This document shows positions 26,530 through 35,458 of a stretch of DNA of 64,000 nt, piece after piece (positions within the stretch are counted from its first letter, which is position 1; each line of letters opens with the position of its first letter). The DNA is from an uncultured Candidatus Binatia bacterium (lineage in GTDB: Bacteria; Desulfobacterota; Binatia; Bin18): contig CBDEWE010000003.1 in the NCBI GenBank assembly GCA_965243855.1, positions 3,206,288 through 3,270,287 on the forward strand. Reading direction: 5' to 3'. The translations under genes were made by a program, and so were the position numbers. The notes below the pieces were generated by a model, which was given only the letters and a program-made list of their open reading frames with translations, was not told the DNA's origin and searched no databases.

Positions 26530-28932
26530 CTAATCCAGCACCTTCTCTTCTTTGAGCCGCGCAATCTCTTCCGGCGCATAGCCCAGCACGTCCCGCATGA
26601 TCTGGTCCGTATGCTGGCCGAGCAGTGGCGCGGGCGCGCGAACGCCGTTGGACGATTCGGCCAGTAACCAGGGGATACCCATATGCAGCCGGGGGCCGAC
26701 TTCCGGATGCGGCAGGCGCGCAAACGCTCCGCGCGCCTCCAACTGCTCGTCCTCCGCCAGGTCAGACGCACTCAGCGCCGGAAAGGCGGCCACACCCGCC
26801 TCCTGGAGCATCTGCGTGACTGCCCAGCGGTCGCGCTGGCTGGTCCACGCGGTCAGCAGTTTTTCCAGCTCGTCTTCGTTTGCTTTCCGGTCGGAAGCGG
26901 TATGAAAGCGCGAGTCACTCGCCAGTTGGGGCTCGCCCATAGCCTGACACAGGGCCTGCCATTCTTCGTCCGAGCCACACGCGATCGAGACCCAGGCGTC
27001 TTCTCCCGCGCAACGAAAACAGTTATGCGGAGCCATGACGGGGTCGTGGTTGCCGTCGCGCTCGGGCTGGGTGCCGTTCATGACGTAGTCCATCCAGCCC
27101 TCGGACACCAGGGCCGCCACCGCGTCAAACAGCGACACATCAATATACTGGCCCTGGCCAGTGCGTTTCCGGGCGACCAGTGCGGCACAGACTGCCGCGG
27201 CAGCGTGAATGCCGCTGTTCGGGTCGCCGTACGAAATCCCGACCTCTTGTGGCGAGCCGCCCTGATAGCCGCTCAGGGAAGATAAACCGCTGACCGGAGC
27301 CATGGCCGGGCCATAGCCCATGTACTTTTTCCGCGGGCCGGAATGGCCGAAGCCCGAGATCGAAGCCACAATGATATCCGGCTTGATCTGCTTGAGCTCA
27401 TCGTAGCTGAGCCCCAGATTGTCCATCACGCCGGTCGCAAAATTATCCACCACTACATCGCTCTGCCTGATGAGCTCTTTGATAATCTCCATCCCCTTTG
27501 GTTTGGCGACGTTGAGGAGCAGACTCTTCTTGCCCATGCTCCACTCGTTAAAAATACCGGAGCGATTCACCCCGGCTTCCATACCCTTCGGGTAGATCGG
27601 CAGCCGACGGGTAATATCCACCCGGGCGTTGGATTCGATCTTAATCACCTCGGCCCCCAGGTGGGCCAGATGCATGGTGCCAAACGGCCCGGCCCAGACC
27701 CAGGTAAAATCCGTCACCCGCACGCCTGCCAGGGGCAGACGGGAGTCGGGGGTTGGGGATTGGGGGTTGGAGGGACGTGACGGGCTTGGCAGTTCGGCGA
27801 AGACTTCGGCAGTATGCTCTCCCAGTTGTGGGGCGGGACGGCGAACCTGCCACCACGGCTCGCGCAGTCGGTAGGGTGCACCGAGCTGGGTCAGCTTGCC
27901 CGCTTTGGGATGTTCCACATCCACGAAAAACCCGCGCGCGCGGAGATGCTCGTCTTCGGCGAGCTGGGCCATGGTCTGCACCGGAGCAAAACAGATCCTC
28001 CGCTCCTGGCCCATCCGAAACAGCTCGTGCACCTTCTGCTGCTGGAACCACTCATCCAGATACATTTTGAGCACGTCCTGGTTCTTGGCCCGGTCTATCC
28101 CCCCTTGAAAAATCTCCCAGCTCCCCCACTCGGGATTCCCCATGAGGTCAACCAAGCGTTCCCACTGGTCCTCTTCCGCAACGACTAGAAAGATCAGGCC
28201 GTCCTGACACTCATAAATACCCCAGGGGTACAACAGCCGTTTGCCCAGGCGCGAGGCGACCCGCTCGCTATACGTGTAATGGACGAAGCTCTGTTCCATG
28301 AAAGAGGACACATAGGCTTGAGTGCTAAGATCAATATGTTCTCCACGCCCGGTCTCCAGCGCCCGATAATAGGCACCAAGCGTTGCGACCGTGGCGGCCA
28401 GCCCGCCTTGGAATCCCGTCTGCTGGCCATACGCCTTGAGGGGCGGCAGGTCCGGATAGTCCGACGCCCCAGGGCTCAACCAGGCCCAGCCGCCGGCATT
28501 GGCGACGGTGATGTCGTACGCCTTGTAGTCTTTATATGGCCCAGTCAGACCAAACGGCGTAATCGAACACATCACCAGCCGTGGGTTGAGTGCCCGAAAG
28601 GCCGGATAATCGATACCCAGTTCCGCCATCCGTGGTGGCGCATAATCATGGACCAGGATATCGGCCCACTGCACGAGTTGAGCGAGGCGGTCTTGCTCCT
28701 GCGCCACGTCAAGCGTGACACTGCGCTTATTGGTATTGAGGGATAAGAAGAGGCCGCTCTGCTCGGGGTCTGCTTTACCACCAGGAAAAGGCCCGCGCCA
28801 ACGGGACTGGTCGCCGCCCGGTTCTTCGGCTTTGACGACATTCGCGCCAAGGTCAGCCATGAGTTTTGTGGCGTAGGCTGCCGAAGCAAGATGGCCGAGT
28901 TCCAGCACTTTGACATCTTCGAGACCCTGCAT
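26530..28932 (-). CDS. tandem-fused CoA transferase family III protein (two CaiB/BaiF domains, 800 aa)
   Basis: Domain 1 MQGLEDVKVLELGHLASAAYATKLMADLGANVVK...; Pro/Ser linker; domain 2 LAGVRVTDFTWVWAGPFGTMHLAHLGAEVIKIES... Confidence 0.8.
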   Translation of the reverse strand: MQGLEDVKVLELGHLASAAYATKLMADLGANVVKAEEPGGDQSRWRGPFPGGKADPEQSGLFLSLNTNKRSVTLDVAQEQDRLAQLVQWADILVHDYAPPRMAELGIDYPAFRALNPRLVMCSITPFGLTGPYKDYKAYDITVANAGGWAWLSPGASDYPDLPPLKAYGQQTGFQGGLAATVATLGAYYRALETGRGEHIDLSTQAYVSSFMEQSFVHYTYSERVASRLGKRLLYPWGIYECQDGLIFLVVAEEDQWERLVDLMGNPEWGSWEIFQGGIDRAKNQDVLKMYLDEWFQQQKVHELFRMGQERRICFAPVQTMAQLAEDEHLRARGFFVDVEHPKAGKLTQLGAPYRLREPWWQVRRPAPQLGEHTAEVFAELPSPSRPSNPQSPTPDSRLPLAGVRVTDFTWVWAGPFGTMHLAHLGAEVIKIESNARVDITRRLPIYPKGMEAGVNRSGIFNEWSMGKKSLLLNVAKPKGMEIIKELIRQSDVVVDNFATGVMDNLGLSYDELKQIKPDIIVASISGFGHSGPRKKYMGYGPAMAPVSGLSSLSGYQGGSPQEVGISYGDPNSGIHAAAAVCAALVARKRTGQGQYIDVSLFDAVAALVSEGWMDYVMNGTQPERDGNHDPVMAPHNCFRCAGEDAWVSIACGSDEEWQALCQAMGEPQLASDSRFHTASDRKANEDELEKLLTAWTSQRDRWAVTQMLQEAGVAAFPALSASDLAEDEQLEARGAFARLPHPEVGPRLHMGIPWLLAESSNGVRAPAPLLGQHTDQIMRDVLGYAPEEIARLKEEKVLD

Positions 28933-29108
28933 AAACTCCCTCCTTCGTCAGAGCGGGTCAGACGGCTCCGACATCTATCTCATTATCGATCAGAGCACAC
29001 GTTTCTACCATTGATCGAACGAATTTCCTAACGTTCTTCTCAGTTCTTGCCTGACTCACGATTTGATCTCTTACCGAGACCTGGGATAGTATTCCTGTCC
29101 ACGGATTG

Positions 29109-29162
29109 AGAGAGTAAACATGTTCTGCACCGATTCCAAGCTGTTGTACACGTTTACTCTTT
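29109..29162. repeat. palindromic element copy 2 (AGAGTAAACATGT ... ACACGTTTACTCT, one mismatch, 24-bp spacer)
   Basis: In divergent promoter region between fused CoA-transferase gene and SnoaL-like gene. Confidence 0.7.
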
Positions 29163-29211
29163 GAGGTCAATCCAGAAGGAGCGCACCGAAGCAGAGAGCT
29201 GGAGAGGTTAT

Positions 29212-29679
29212 ATGCGTGGGATACGTCGTCGTCTGGTCATAGGCATCAGTCTGTTGGGCATCAGCCTGCTGTCCGGCATTGGGGGGGAGTCTGTGCGGGC
29301 AGATGATCTGGCCGACATCCAACAGGCATTTGAGGCGGATATCCGCTTGTTCAACGGACAGGACCCCACGGCGTTCACGGCCATAGCCCACGAGCATGTC
29401 GTCTTATTTGGTCCCTTATCTCCCTTTGCAGTCGAAGGCAAAGCGGCCATTCAGCAACTCGTGCAGGAGTATTTTACGAACCACGATTACGTCAAATGGC
29501 GTTCGGTCAACGCGAAATTCCTGGTGATTGAAACGAGCGGGCTGGCCTGGGGGCATTATACCGTGCGCGAGCAACCGCGGGTCGGGCCACGGCGAATACT
29601 GCACGGACGCTACACCTTCACCTATGCCAAGGAGGAGAACAAATGGCTGGTCGTTGCCTTGGACTTCTCACCGCTGTAA
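29212..29679 (+). CDS. SnoaL-like/NTF2-like (DUF4440-like) secreted protein
   Basis: 155 aa from ATG with RBS GGAGAGG; signal peptide; paralog of next gene (…GLAWGHYT…/…GVAWGHYQ…). Confidence 0.6.
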   Translation: MRGIRRRLVIGISLLGISLLSGIGGESVRADDLADIQQAFEADIRLFNGQDPTAFTAIAHEHVVLFGPLSPFAVEGKAAIQQLVQEYFTNHDYVKWRSVNAKFLVIETSGLAWGHYTVREQPRVGPRRILHGRYTFTYAKEENKWLVVALDFSPL

Positions 29680-29744
29680 TGAGGACAGACCGGAGCCGAC
29701 AAAGAAACGCGAACGTGATGAGCGTACGCTAAGGGAAACTGAGA

Positions 29745-30203
29745 ATGACGCTGCTACGCATCTCCCTGGTCTGTGCCTGGAGCCTCGTGCTGGGTGGACT
29801 GTCTCCAGCCCTCGGACAATCGGAACGCAAGGCCCTCATCACCGCTTTCAGCACCGAGATTGAAGCCCTCAATACCGGAGACCTGAACGCGGCGGTTGCC
29901 GCTGTCCACGACAAAATCGTCCTGTATGGACTGTACTCGCCGTTTCCCATCGAGGGCAAGGAGGCTTTTCGACAGGCGGTTCAGGACTACTTTGATGAAC
30001 AAGAGCACGCCATGCTCGAAATCGTCCATCCGCAATATCGCCTGACCGGGGCAACCGGGGTGGCGTGGGGCCACTACCAGCTCACCCGAAAACTCAAGGG
30101 CGAGCCGGTCGATATCACGCCCGGCCAGTATATGCTGACCTATGTGCAGATCGATGGTGCATGGCTAGTGATGAGCATGCACTTTGCGCCCTTACCGCAG
30201 TAA
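29745..30203 (+). CDS. SnoaL-like/NTF2-like secreted protein, tandem paralog
   Basis: 152 aa; signal peptide MTLLRISLVCAWSLVLGGLSPALGQ; conserved with upstream paralog. Confidence 0.6.
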   Translation: MTLLRISLVCAWSLVLGGLSPALGQSERKALITAFSTEIEALNTGDLNAAVAAVHDKIVLYGLYSPFPIEGKEAFRQAVQDYFDEQEHAMLEIVHPQYRLTGATGVAWGHYQLTRKLKGEPVDITPGQYMLTYVQIDGAWLVMSMHFAPLPQ

Positions 30204-30265
30204 AGAGGCTCGAACCTGTCTTTTTGGCTCCGCAGGCGGATGCCGCTTAATCCACGGACCGCTAC

Positions 30266-31375
30266 CTAACTCATTCCATAAAACTGCTTCGCGCTCTCCG
30301 CTAAAACCTTGTGCTTGTTCTCGTCCGAGAGCTTTTCGGCAATCATTTGAGGGGCTCCAGGAAAGAAGCCGTCCGGGTGCGGATAATCGGTGGCCCACAG
30401 AATCTTTTCCGCGCCAACATAGTCCACCAAGTGGGCCAGGCTACCCTCAACCGGTTCGTACGAGATCCAGCACTGGCGCTTGAAGTACTCGCTCGGGAGC
30501 AGCGTGAGGGGTGAGTCCGTAAACACTCCGTGATCGTCGCAGTGGCGGTCCATGCGGTCCAGCCAGGGCGCAATCCAGCCACCACCGGACTCCAAGAACG
30601 CAATGCGCAACTTCGGGAAACGCTCGCACACGCCGTCCCAGATAATGCTCAAACTCGCCAGCATCATTTCCACGGTGTGCGAAACAATATGGCGCGGGGC
30701 TAGCTCCTCAAAGCGGTCGGCCCCCGCTGCCGGCATCCCGCCCGTCCCCTCGTGGATGCCGATGGCAAAGTCGAGCTCTTGGGCTTCGGCCCAGAAGACA
30801 TCGTAGTCGCGATGCCCCAGCATGCGGTCGTTATACGGGTTCGGACGCAGAAAGCCGCTCCGCATCCCCAGTTCATGCCGAGCGTAGCGCATTTCTTCAA
30901 TAGCCAGCTCGATGGATTGCATGGGCAGCATGGCCACCCCGAACAGCCGGTCGGGATAGGGCTGACAGTAGTCGGCCAGCCAGCGGTTATACGCCCGGCA
31001 GGTGGCCGCGGCGAGTTGGGGGTCTGCTATCGCCCCGGAAAAAAGGCCCAAGGTGGGATACAGAAAAACGGCGTCTATGCCGTCCAGTTCCATGTCCGGC
31101 ATCCGCGCGTGCGGATCAAAGCCGCCCTTCCGGCCTTCGGTGTATTTAATATCGGTCGAAGCCCGGCCGTCCCGCGCGCCAATGGCACCGGCAAAGCCCA
31201 GCCCTTTTTGCCCGCCCAGGACACGGCCTTCAATCCGCAGGCGCTCTTTGCCGTCCGTATCGACAATCAGTTCGGGCACACGGTCCCGGTAGGTCGGGTC
31301 AATATAGTCGGCCCAAAAATCGGGTGGTTCCAAGACGTGGCCGTCCGAATCAATAACATTATAAGTGCGACTCAT
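30266..31375 (-). CDS. amidohydrolase family 2 (ACMSD-like metal-dependent hydrolase)
   Basis: MSRTYNVIDSDGHVLEPPDFW...; RBS GGGAGGGA before ATG at 31375 (TTG ORF start at 31396). Confidence 0.8.
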   Translation of the reverse strand: MSRTYNVIDSDGHVLEPPDFWADYIDPTYRDRVPELIVDTDGKERLRIEGRVLGGQKGLGFAGAIGARDGRASTDIKYTEGRKGGFDPHARMPDMELDGIDAVFLYPTLGLFSGAIADPQLAAATCRAYNRWLADYCQPYPDRLFGVAMLPMQSIELAIEEMRYARHELGMRSGFLRPNPYNDRMLGHRDYDVFWAEAQELDFAIGIHEGTGGMPAAGADRFEELAPRHIVSHTVEMMLASLSIIWDGVCERFPKLRIAFLESGGGWIAPWLDRMDRHCDDHGVFTDSPLTLLPSEYFKRQCWISYEPVEGSLAHLVDYVGAEKILWATDYPHPDGFFPGAPQMIAEKLSDENKHKVLAESAKQFYGMS

Positions 31376-31397
31376 TGGCGTTCCCTCCCTGCTCAAT

Positions 31398-31451
31398 AAA
31401 GAGTAAACGTGTCGACATCTGCATGTCTATTGGAGGACACGTTTACTCTTT
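31398..31451. repeat. palindromic element copy 3 (AAAGAGTAAACGTGTC / GACACGTTTACTCTTT, 22-bp spacer)
   Basis: Divergent promoter region between amidohydrolase and dienelactone hydrolase genes; spacer GACATCTGCATGTCTATTGGAG ~64% identical to copy 1 spacer. Confidence 0.8.
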
Positions 31452-31602
31452 TCACAACGCGTTGCCTTGCCTCCTACCACCTTCTCCAGAGGGGTACAAG
31501 CTTTGTCCGCCTGTGCCGGTATGCTCATACGACTTGAAACCGAGCGGGGCAAGACATATGCTCCCGGTAACAATTTTCCTATCTCCAAAGGAGGAACGAC
31601 GC

Positions 31603-32343
31603 ATGAGACCACCAGAAGTTCAATCCAGTATGATGCAGTATCCTGGCCAGGGTGATACGCCGGTCAACGCCTACCTGAGCCAGCCCACCACCGATGGTCC
31701 GCATCCCGGCGTGATCGTTATCATGGAGGCCTTTGGCTTAAACGATCATATCAAAGACGTGGCCGACCGGTTTGCCCGCGAAGGCTATATTGCGCTGGCA
31801 CCGGATATGTACACGCGCGAGGGCAACCCCGACCCCACCGATATCAACGATGTCATCAAAGTGATGTTCTCCGTCCCGGACTCTCAGGCCATGGCCGACC
31901 TGGACGCCGCAGCCCGCTATATCAAGGGCCAGGATGACTCCAACGGGAAAGTGGGCGCCATCGGCTTTTGTTCCGGTGGGCGGTACACCCTGATGTTTGG
32001 CTGCACGAGTCAAAACCTGGATGCCGCGGTAGATTCGGCCGGCGGTTTCATCATTCAGGACGATTTTCCGCCGACCCGCCCGACCTCGCCTATTGACTTG
32101 GTCAAGGACCTGTCCTGCCCCCTGCTTGGCTTATTCGGTGAAGAGGACCCCAACCCTTCGCCCGAACACGCCGACCGCCTCAAAGAGGAACTCGACAAGC
32201 ACGGCAAGACGTATGAGATGCGCATGTACCCCAACGCCGGCCACGCTTTTTTCGCTGACTATCGGGATAGTTATCGCCCGGTAGCTGCCCAGGATATGTG
32301 GCATCGCGTGCTGCTGTTCTACGGCAAACATCTCAGCAACTAG
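31603..32343 (+). CDS. dienelactone hydrolase family protein
   Basis: 246 aa from ATG with RBS AAAGGAGGA; GVIVIMEAFGLNDHIKDVADRFAREGYIALAPDMY typical DLH. Confidence 0.8.
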   Translation: MRPPEVQSSMMQYPGQGDTPVNAYLSQPTTDGPHPGVIVIMEAFGLNDHIKDVADRFAREGYIALAPDMYTREGNPDPTDINDVIKVMFSVPDSQAMADLDAAARYIKGQDDSNGKVGAIGFCSGGRYTLMFGCTSQNLDAAVDSAGGFIIQDDFPPTRPTSPIDLVKDLSCPLLGLFGEEDPNPSPEHADRLKEELDKHGKTYEMRMYPNAGHAFFADYRDSYRPVAAQDMWHRVLLFYGKHLSN

Positions 32344-32351
32344 TGTCGTCT

Positions 32352-32374
32352 CTCTCTCCCCTCGTGGGAGAGGG
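32352..32374. terminator. GC-rich hairpin CTCTCCC-ctcgt-GGGAGAG after dienelactone hydrolase
   Basis: Member of the CCCTCTCCC..GGGAGAGGG hairpin family. Confidence 0.45.
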
Positions 32375-32439
32375 CCGGGGTGAGGGGGCCTTTGTCTCCC
32401 CTACCCTGCTCACTAATATTCACAAAAGGAGACACACCC

Positions 32440-32934
32440 ATGGCAGTAGAGAAATTCCCCGTCGAAGCGAGCCATATCCTCATGTTTGCTCGTTCCGTGG
32501 GCGACTATAACGAGATTTATGCCGACGAAGAGTATGCCCAGACCACCGAGCCTGGGTCCATTATTGCTCCGCCGACCTTTGTTCAGGCGAGTGCCCAGTT
32601 TGATCCTGATTATTTTCTGCGGCCCAAACCGGGCAAGCCCTGGTTCGGCTCGGGCAAAGAACCCACAGGCATAAAAAAAGAAGACAGCAGCGGCGGGGGC
32701 GGAGGCGGCGGCGGTCTGCACGCCGAACAGCACTATGTCTACCACCGTCATCCCAAACCGGGCGATGTCCTGGCCGCCACGGTAAAACCGGGTAAGAAAT
32801 GGGAAAAGCAGGGCAAGCGTTCAGGTAAGCTGCTCTTTTCCGAGACCATTACCGAGTATCGCGATCAGAGCGGCGAACTGGTTGTCACCGCCCGGAGTGT
32901 TGGTGTTCAAACCGAGCGGCCTGTCGATCAGTAG
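32440..32934 (+). CDS. MaoC-like hot-dog protein, HadA-like (non-catalytic) half
   Basis: ~164 aa from ATG with RBS AAAGGAGA; FAS1-like dehydratase N-terminal pattern; contains Gly8 run. Confidence 0.65.
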   Translation: MAVEKFPVEASHILMFARSVGDYNEIYADEEYAQTTEPGSIIAPPTFVQASAQFDPDYFLRPKPGKPWFGSGKEPTGIKKEDSSGGGGGGGGLHAEQHYVYHRHPKPGDVLAATVKPGKKWEKQGKRSGKLLFSETITEYRDQSGELVVTARSVGVQTERPVDQ

Positions 32935-32944
32935 GAGGGAGAAC

Positions 32945-33367
32945 ATGGCATTATCAGCAAGCAAACTCACAGTCGGAGATACCTACGAAGAACAGGTGGT
33001 CGAAGACCTCAAACGCACCCAACTCGTCCAATACGCCGGAGCGTCGGGCGATTATAATCCGGTTCATACCGATGAAATTTTTGTCACCAAAGTGGCCGGC
33101 TATCCGTCCGTCTTTGCCCACGGCATGCTGTCCATGGGCATGACCGGCAAGATGTTGACCAATTACGTCGGCGACGGCCGTCTCACCCAATACGGCGTGC
33201 GCTTTACCCGCCAGGTCTGGCCCGGCGACTCCCTGACCGCCAAAGCCACGGTGAAAGCCATCCGTGAAGAAGAAGGCGGCCACATCGTTGATCTGGATGT
33301 CTCAACCGTCAATCAAGACGGGGTCGAGGTCGTCAGCGGCTACGCCTCGGCCCGGGTTGATCCATAG
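32945..33367 (+). CDS. MaoC family dehydratase (HadB-like (R)-specific hydratase half)
   Basis: 140 aa from ATG with RBS AGGAGGGA; ...YAGASGDYNPVHTDEIFVTKVAGYPSVFAHGM hydratase motif. Confidence 0.8.
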   Translation: MALSASKLTVGDTYEEQVVEDLKRTQLVQYAGASGDYNPVHTDEIFVTKVAGYPSVFAHGMLSMGMTGKMLTNYVGDGRLTQYGVRFTRQVWPGDSLTAKATVKAIREEEGGHIVDLDVSTVNQDGVEVVSGYASARVDP

Positions 33368-33393
33368 TTTCCTTCAACAAGACTTTCCATCTG

Positions 33394-33423
33394 CCCTCTC
33401 CCTCTGAGTCTGTTGGGAGAGGG
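33394..33423. terminator. hairpin CCCTCTCCC-tctgagtctgtt-GGGAGAGGG
   Basis: 9-bp GC stem directly after MaoC gene. Confidence 0.45.
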
Positions 33424-33471
33424 CGCTGGATTGCTCTTCTACTTTTCCATTGCAGGCCATGCAAAGAAAAC

Positions 33472-33726
33472 ATGGAACATGCCGTTCTCGACCGTTTTCT
33501 GAGGCCGTTCGCTGAATGCCTGACACCGGAAGTCGCTCAACGAATCGTGGACCTTGAACTCGACCCACACTCTCAATCGAGGCTTGATGAGCTTGCTGCT
33601 AAAGCCAATGAGGGACATTTGACCGACGACGAACGACAGGAATATGAGGAGTTTGTCGAAGGTATTGACCTCATGGGCATTCTCAAGACCCGAGCGCGGC
33701 CCGTCCTGGTGAAACACGCGTCATAA
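33472..33726 (+). CDS. hypothetical small acidic protein (84 aa)
   Basis: MEHAVLDRFLRPFAECLTPEVAQRIVDLELDPHSQSRLDELAAKANEGHLTDDERQEYEEF...; conserved-looking but unassigned. Confidence 0.45.
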   Translation: MEHAVLDRFLRPFAECLTPEVAQRIVDLELDPHSQSRLDELAAKANEGHLTDDERQEYEEFVEGIDLMGILKTRARPVLVKHAS

Positions 33727-33762
33727 TGGATGCCGCCCGCCACCTGGTACGCCCAGTTCTGC

Positions 33763-34065
33763 TCAGGCAGCATCCTTTTCTGAAGTCGTAAAAGTCACAC
33801 TGATCCCAACGGCTCTGAGGATGGAAAGAAGACTCGCCAGTCTTGGATTTCCATCTTCAGAGAGCATCTTGTGCATACTCTGCCGATTGAGCTTCGTTAT
33901 TGCGGATAAGACTCCAAGTCCACCGTGGGCTTCGGCAACATTTCGGAGAGCAATGAGAAACTCGTCTACTGCGCCATCTTCTATTGCAGCAGAGAGATAG
34001 GCCGCCGCGGTCTCTGGGTCTCGGAGTTCTTCGAGCAGGAATGTATCGTAGTCTTTAGTTGGCAT
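33763..34065 (-). CDS. putative addiction-module antidote protein (HTH, HigA-like), no cognate killer gene nearby
   Basis: 100 aa; ...AAYLSAAIEDGAVDEFLIALRNVAEAHGGLGVLSAITKLNRQSMHKMLSEDGNPRLASLLSILRAVGISV matches the antidote family. Confidence 0.65.
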   Translation of the reverse strand: MPTKDYDTFLLEELRDPETAAAYLSAAIEDGAVDEFLIALRNVAEAHGGLGVLSAITKLNRQSMHKMLSEDGNPRLASLLSILRAVGISVTFTTSEKDAA

Positions 34066-34093
34066 TGTGCTGAAACTCCTTCCAATAGTAACG

Positions 34094-35275
34094 CTACCCT
34101 TCTAGACTTCGAGTGAGGTTTGTCACCATACGCCACGGCAAGGCAGGCCCGATTTCGCGGGTCTGATATTGGTCCCCGCCATAGACGAGATAAGACTGTC
34201 GCACCTGCTCTTTTGCCAGATGTTGATAGTATTCGAGCCCCTGAAAAAAATCGGCGTTCAGGGTAGCGCCGGATTTGATTTCGAGCGCGGTCACCTGATC
34301 GCCCCAGTCGACGAGCACATCGACCTCCTTGCCCTTGTGATCCCGCCAGAAATGGAGTGGCAACCGCTTGCGGTGGCGGGCGTTCCATTTGTACAGCTCG
34401 CTGACGACCCAGCACTCAAACAGGCTGCCCCGCAGAGTGTGCAGGCGCAGTTCGTCTGCTGAACGGATACCGAGCAGTCGGCTCGCGAGTCCGGTGTCGT
34501 AGAAATACAGCTTCGGTCGCTTGACCAAGCGTTTAGAGAAATTGCGGTGGTGGGGTGTGAGGCGGTAGGCGATATAGCTCGCTTCCAGAACGGAAAGCCA
34601 GGCATTGGCGGTATTATGGGTGATCCCGGCGTCGTTCGCGAGCCCGCTCAGGTCGAGCACCTGCCCGATTCGTCCGGCACAAAGCCGTACAAAGGTTTGA
34701 AAAACATGGAGATTTTGGACAGCCGTAATCTGACGGACGTCCCGTTCGACATAGGTGCGAATGTAGTCGCCGTACCAGTCGAGCGGGTCAAGGTCGCGGT
34801 CGAACAGGGGGGGATACTGTCCGGTGAAGAGCAGGTGATCGAGCGACGGAATCTGGATGTCTGCTGTTTGCAACTCGGCAAAGGAAAGGGGCAGGAGGTC
34901 GAACAGCGCCACTCGCCCAGCCAGCGTTTGCGAAATCCCGGCGAGAAAACCAAAGTGCCGAGAGCCTGTGAGGACGAAGAATCCCGGCTCTTGACGTTCA
35001 TCCACAATCCCCTGGATATAGGAGAAAAGGTCGGACGCCCTTTGGACCTCGTCGAGAATAGCGCCCCTGGGAAAGCCTCCGAGAAATCGTCTGGGATCAG
35101 ACAGGGCAAAGTCCAACTGGTCCGGATCTTCCAGGCTGACATAGGCTTTGTCTGGAAAAACCGCACGCGACAACGTTGTTTTTCCAGACTGGCGAGGTCC
35201 GGTTATGGCGATAACAGAATAGCTTTGCGCGGCTTGACGAAGAGCTTGAGCCACTTCTCTTTCGATCATAAGCAT
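34094..35275 (-). CDS. AAA-family ATPase with DUF4143 (COG1373-like)
   Basis: 393 aa; Walker A ITGPRQSGKTTL; typical DUF4143 C-terminal half. Confidence 0.75.
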   Translation of the reverse strand: MLMIEREVAQALRQAAQSYSVIAITGPRQSGKTTLSRAVFPDKAYVSLEDPDQLDFALSDPRRFLGGFPRGAILDEVQRASDLFSYIQGIVDERQEPGFFVLTGSRHFGFLAGISQTLAGRVALFDLLPLSFAELQTADIQIPSLDHLLFTGQYPPLFDRDLDPLDWYGDYIRTYVERDVRQITAVQNLHVFQTFVRLCAGRIGQVLDLSGLANDAGITHNTANAWLSVLEASYIAYRLTPHHRNFSKRLVKRPKLYFYDTGLASRLLGIRSADELRLHTLRGSLFECWVVSELYKWNARHRKRLPLHFWRDHKGKEVDVLVDWGDQVTALEIKSGATLNADFFQGLEYYQHLAKEQVRQSYLVYGGDQYQTREIGPALPWRMVTNLTRSLEG

Positions 35276-35458
35276 GGATAATAGAATGATAAGTCCAATA
35301 TTTCAATCATTTTAATAAAATGTACTATCAAAACTTGAGCCTTCAAATTGGCATAACAGGCGGAAGAGAGGACTGACAGTCGAGGTTCCGTCTGGTCTTT
35401 ATAAGCTGGTCGTCGTATGGTGAGAGTATCTTGTCATACGAATGTCGCGAGGAGCGCT

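Noticed and set aside
30266-31396. TTG start at 31396 for the amidohydrolase
   Set aside because: An ATG at 31375 is preceded by a strong RBS (GGGAGGGA). The TTG extension would overlap the palindromic element.
32690-32720. GGC/GGG/GGA codon run
   Set aside because: A simple in-frame poly-Gly tract inside the MaoC-like gene, not an independent repeat element. Noted only as a possible slippage or assembly hotspot.
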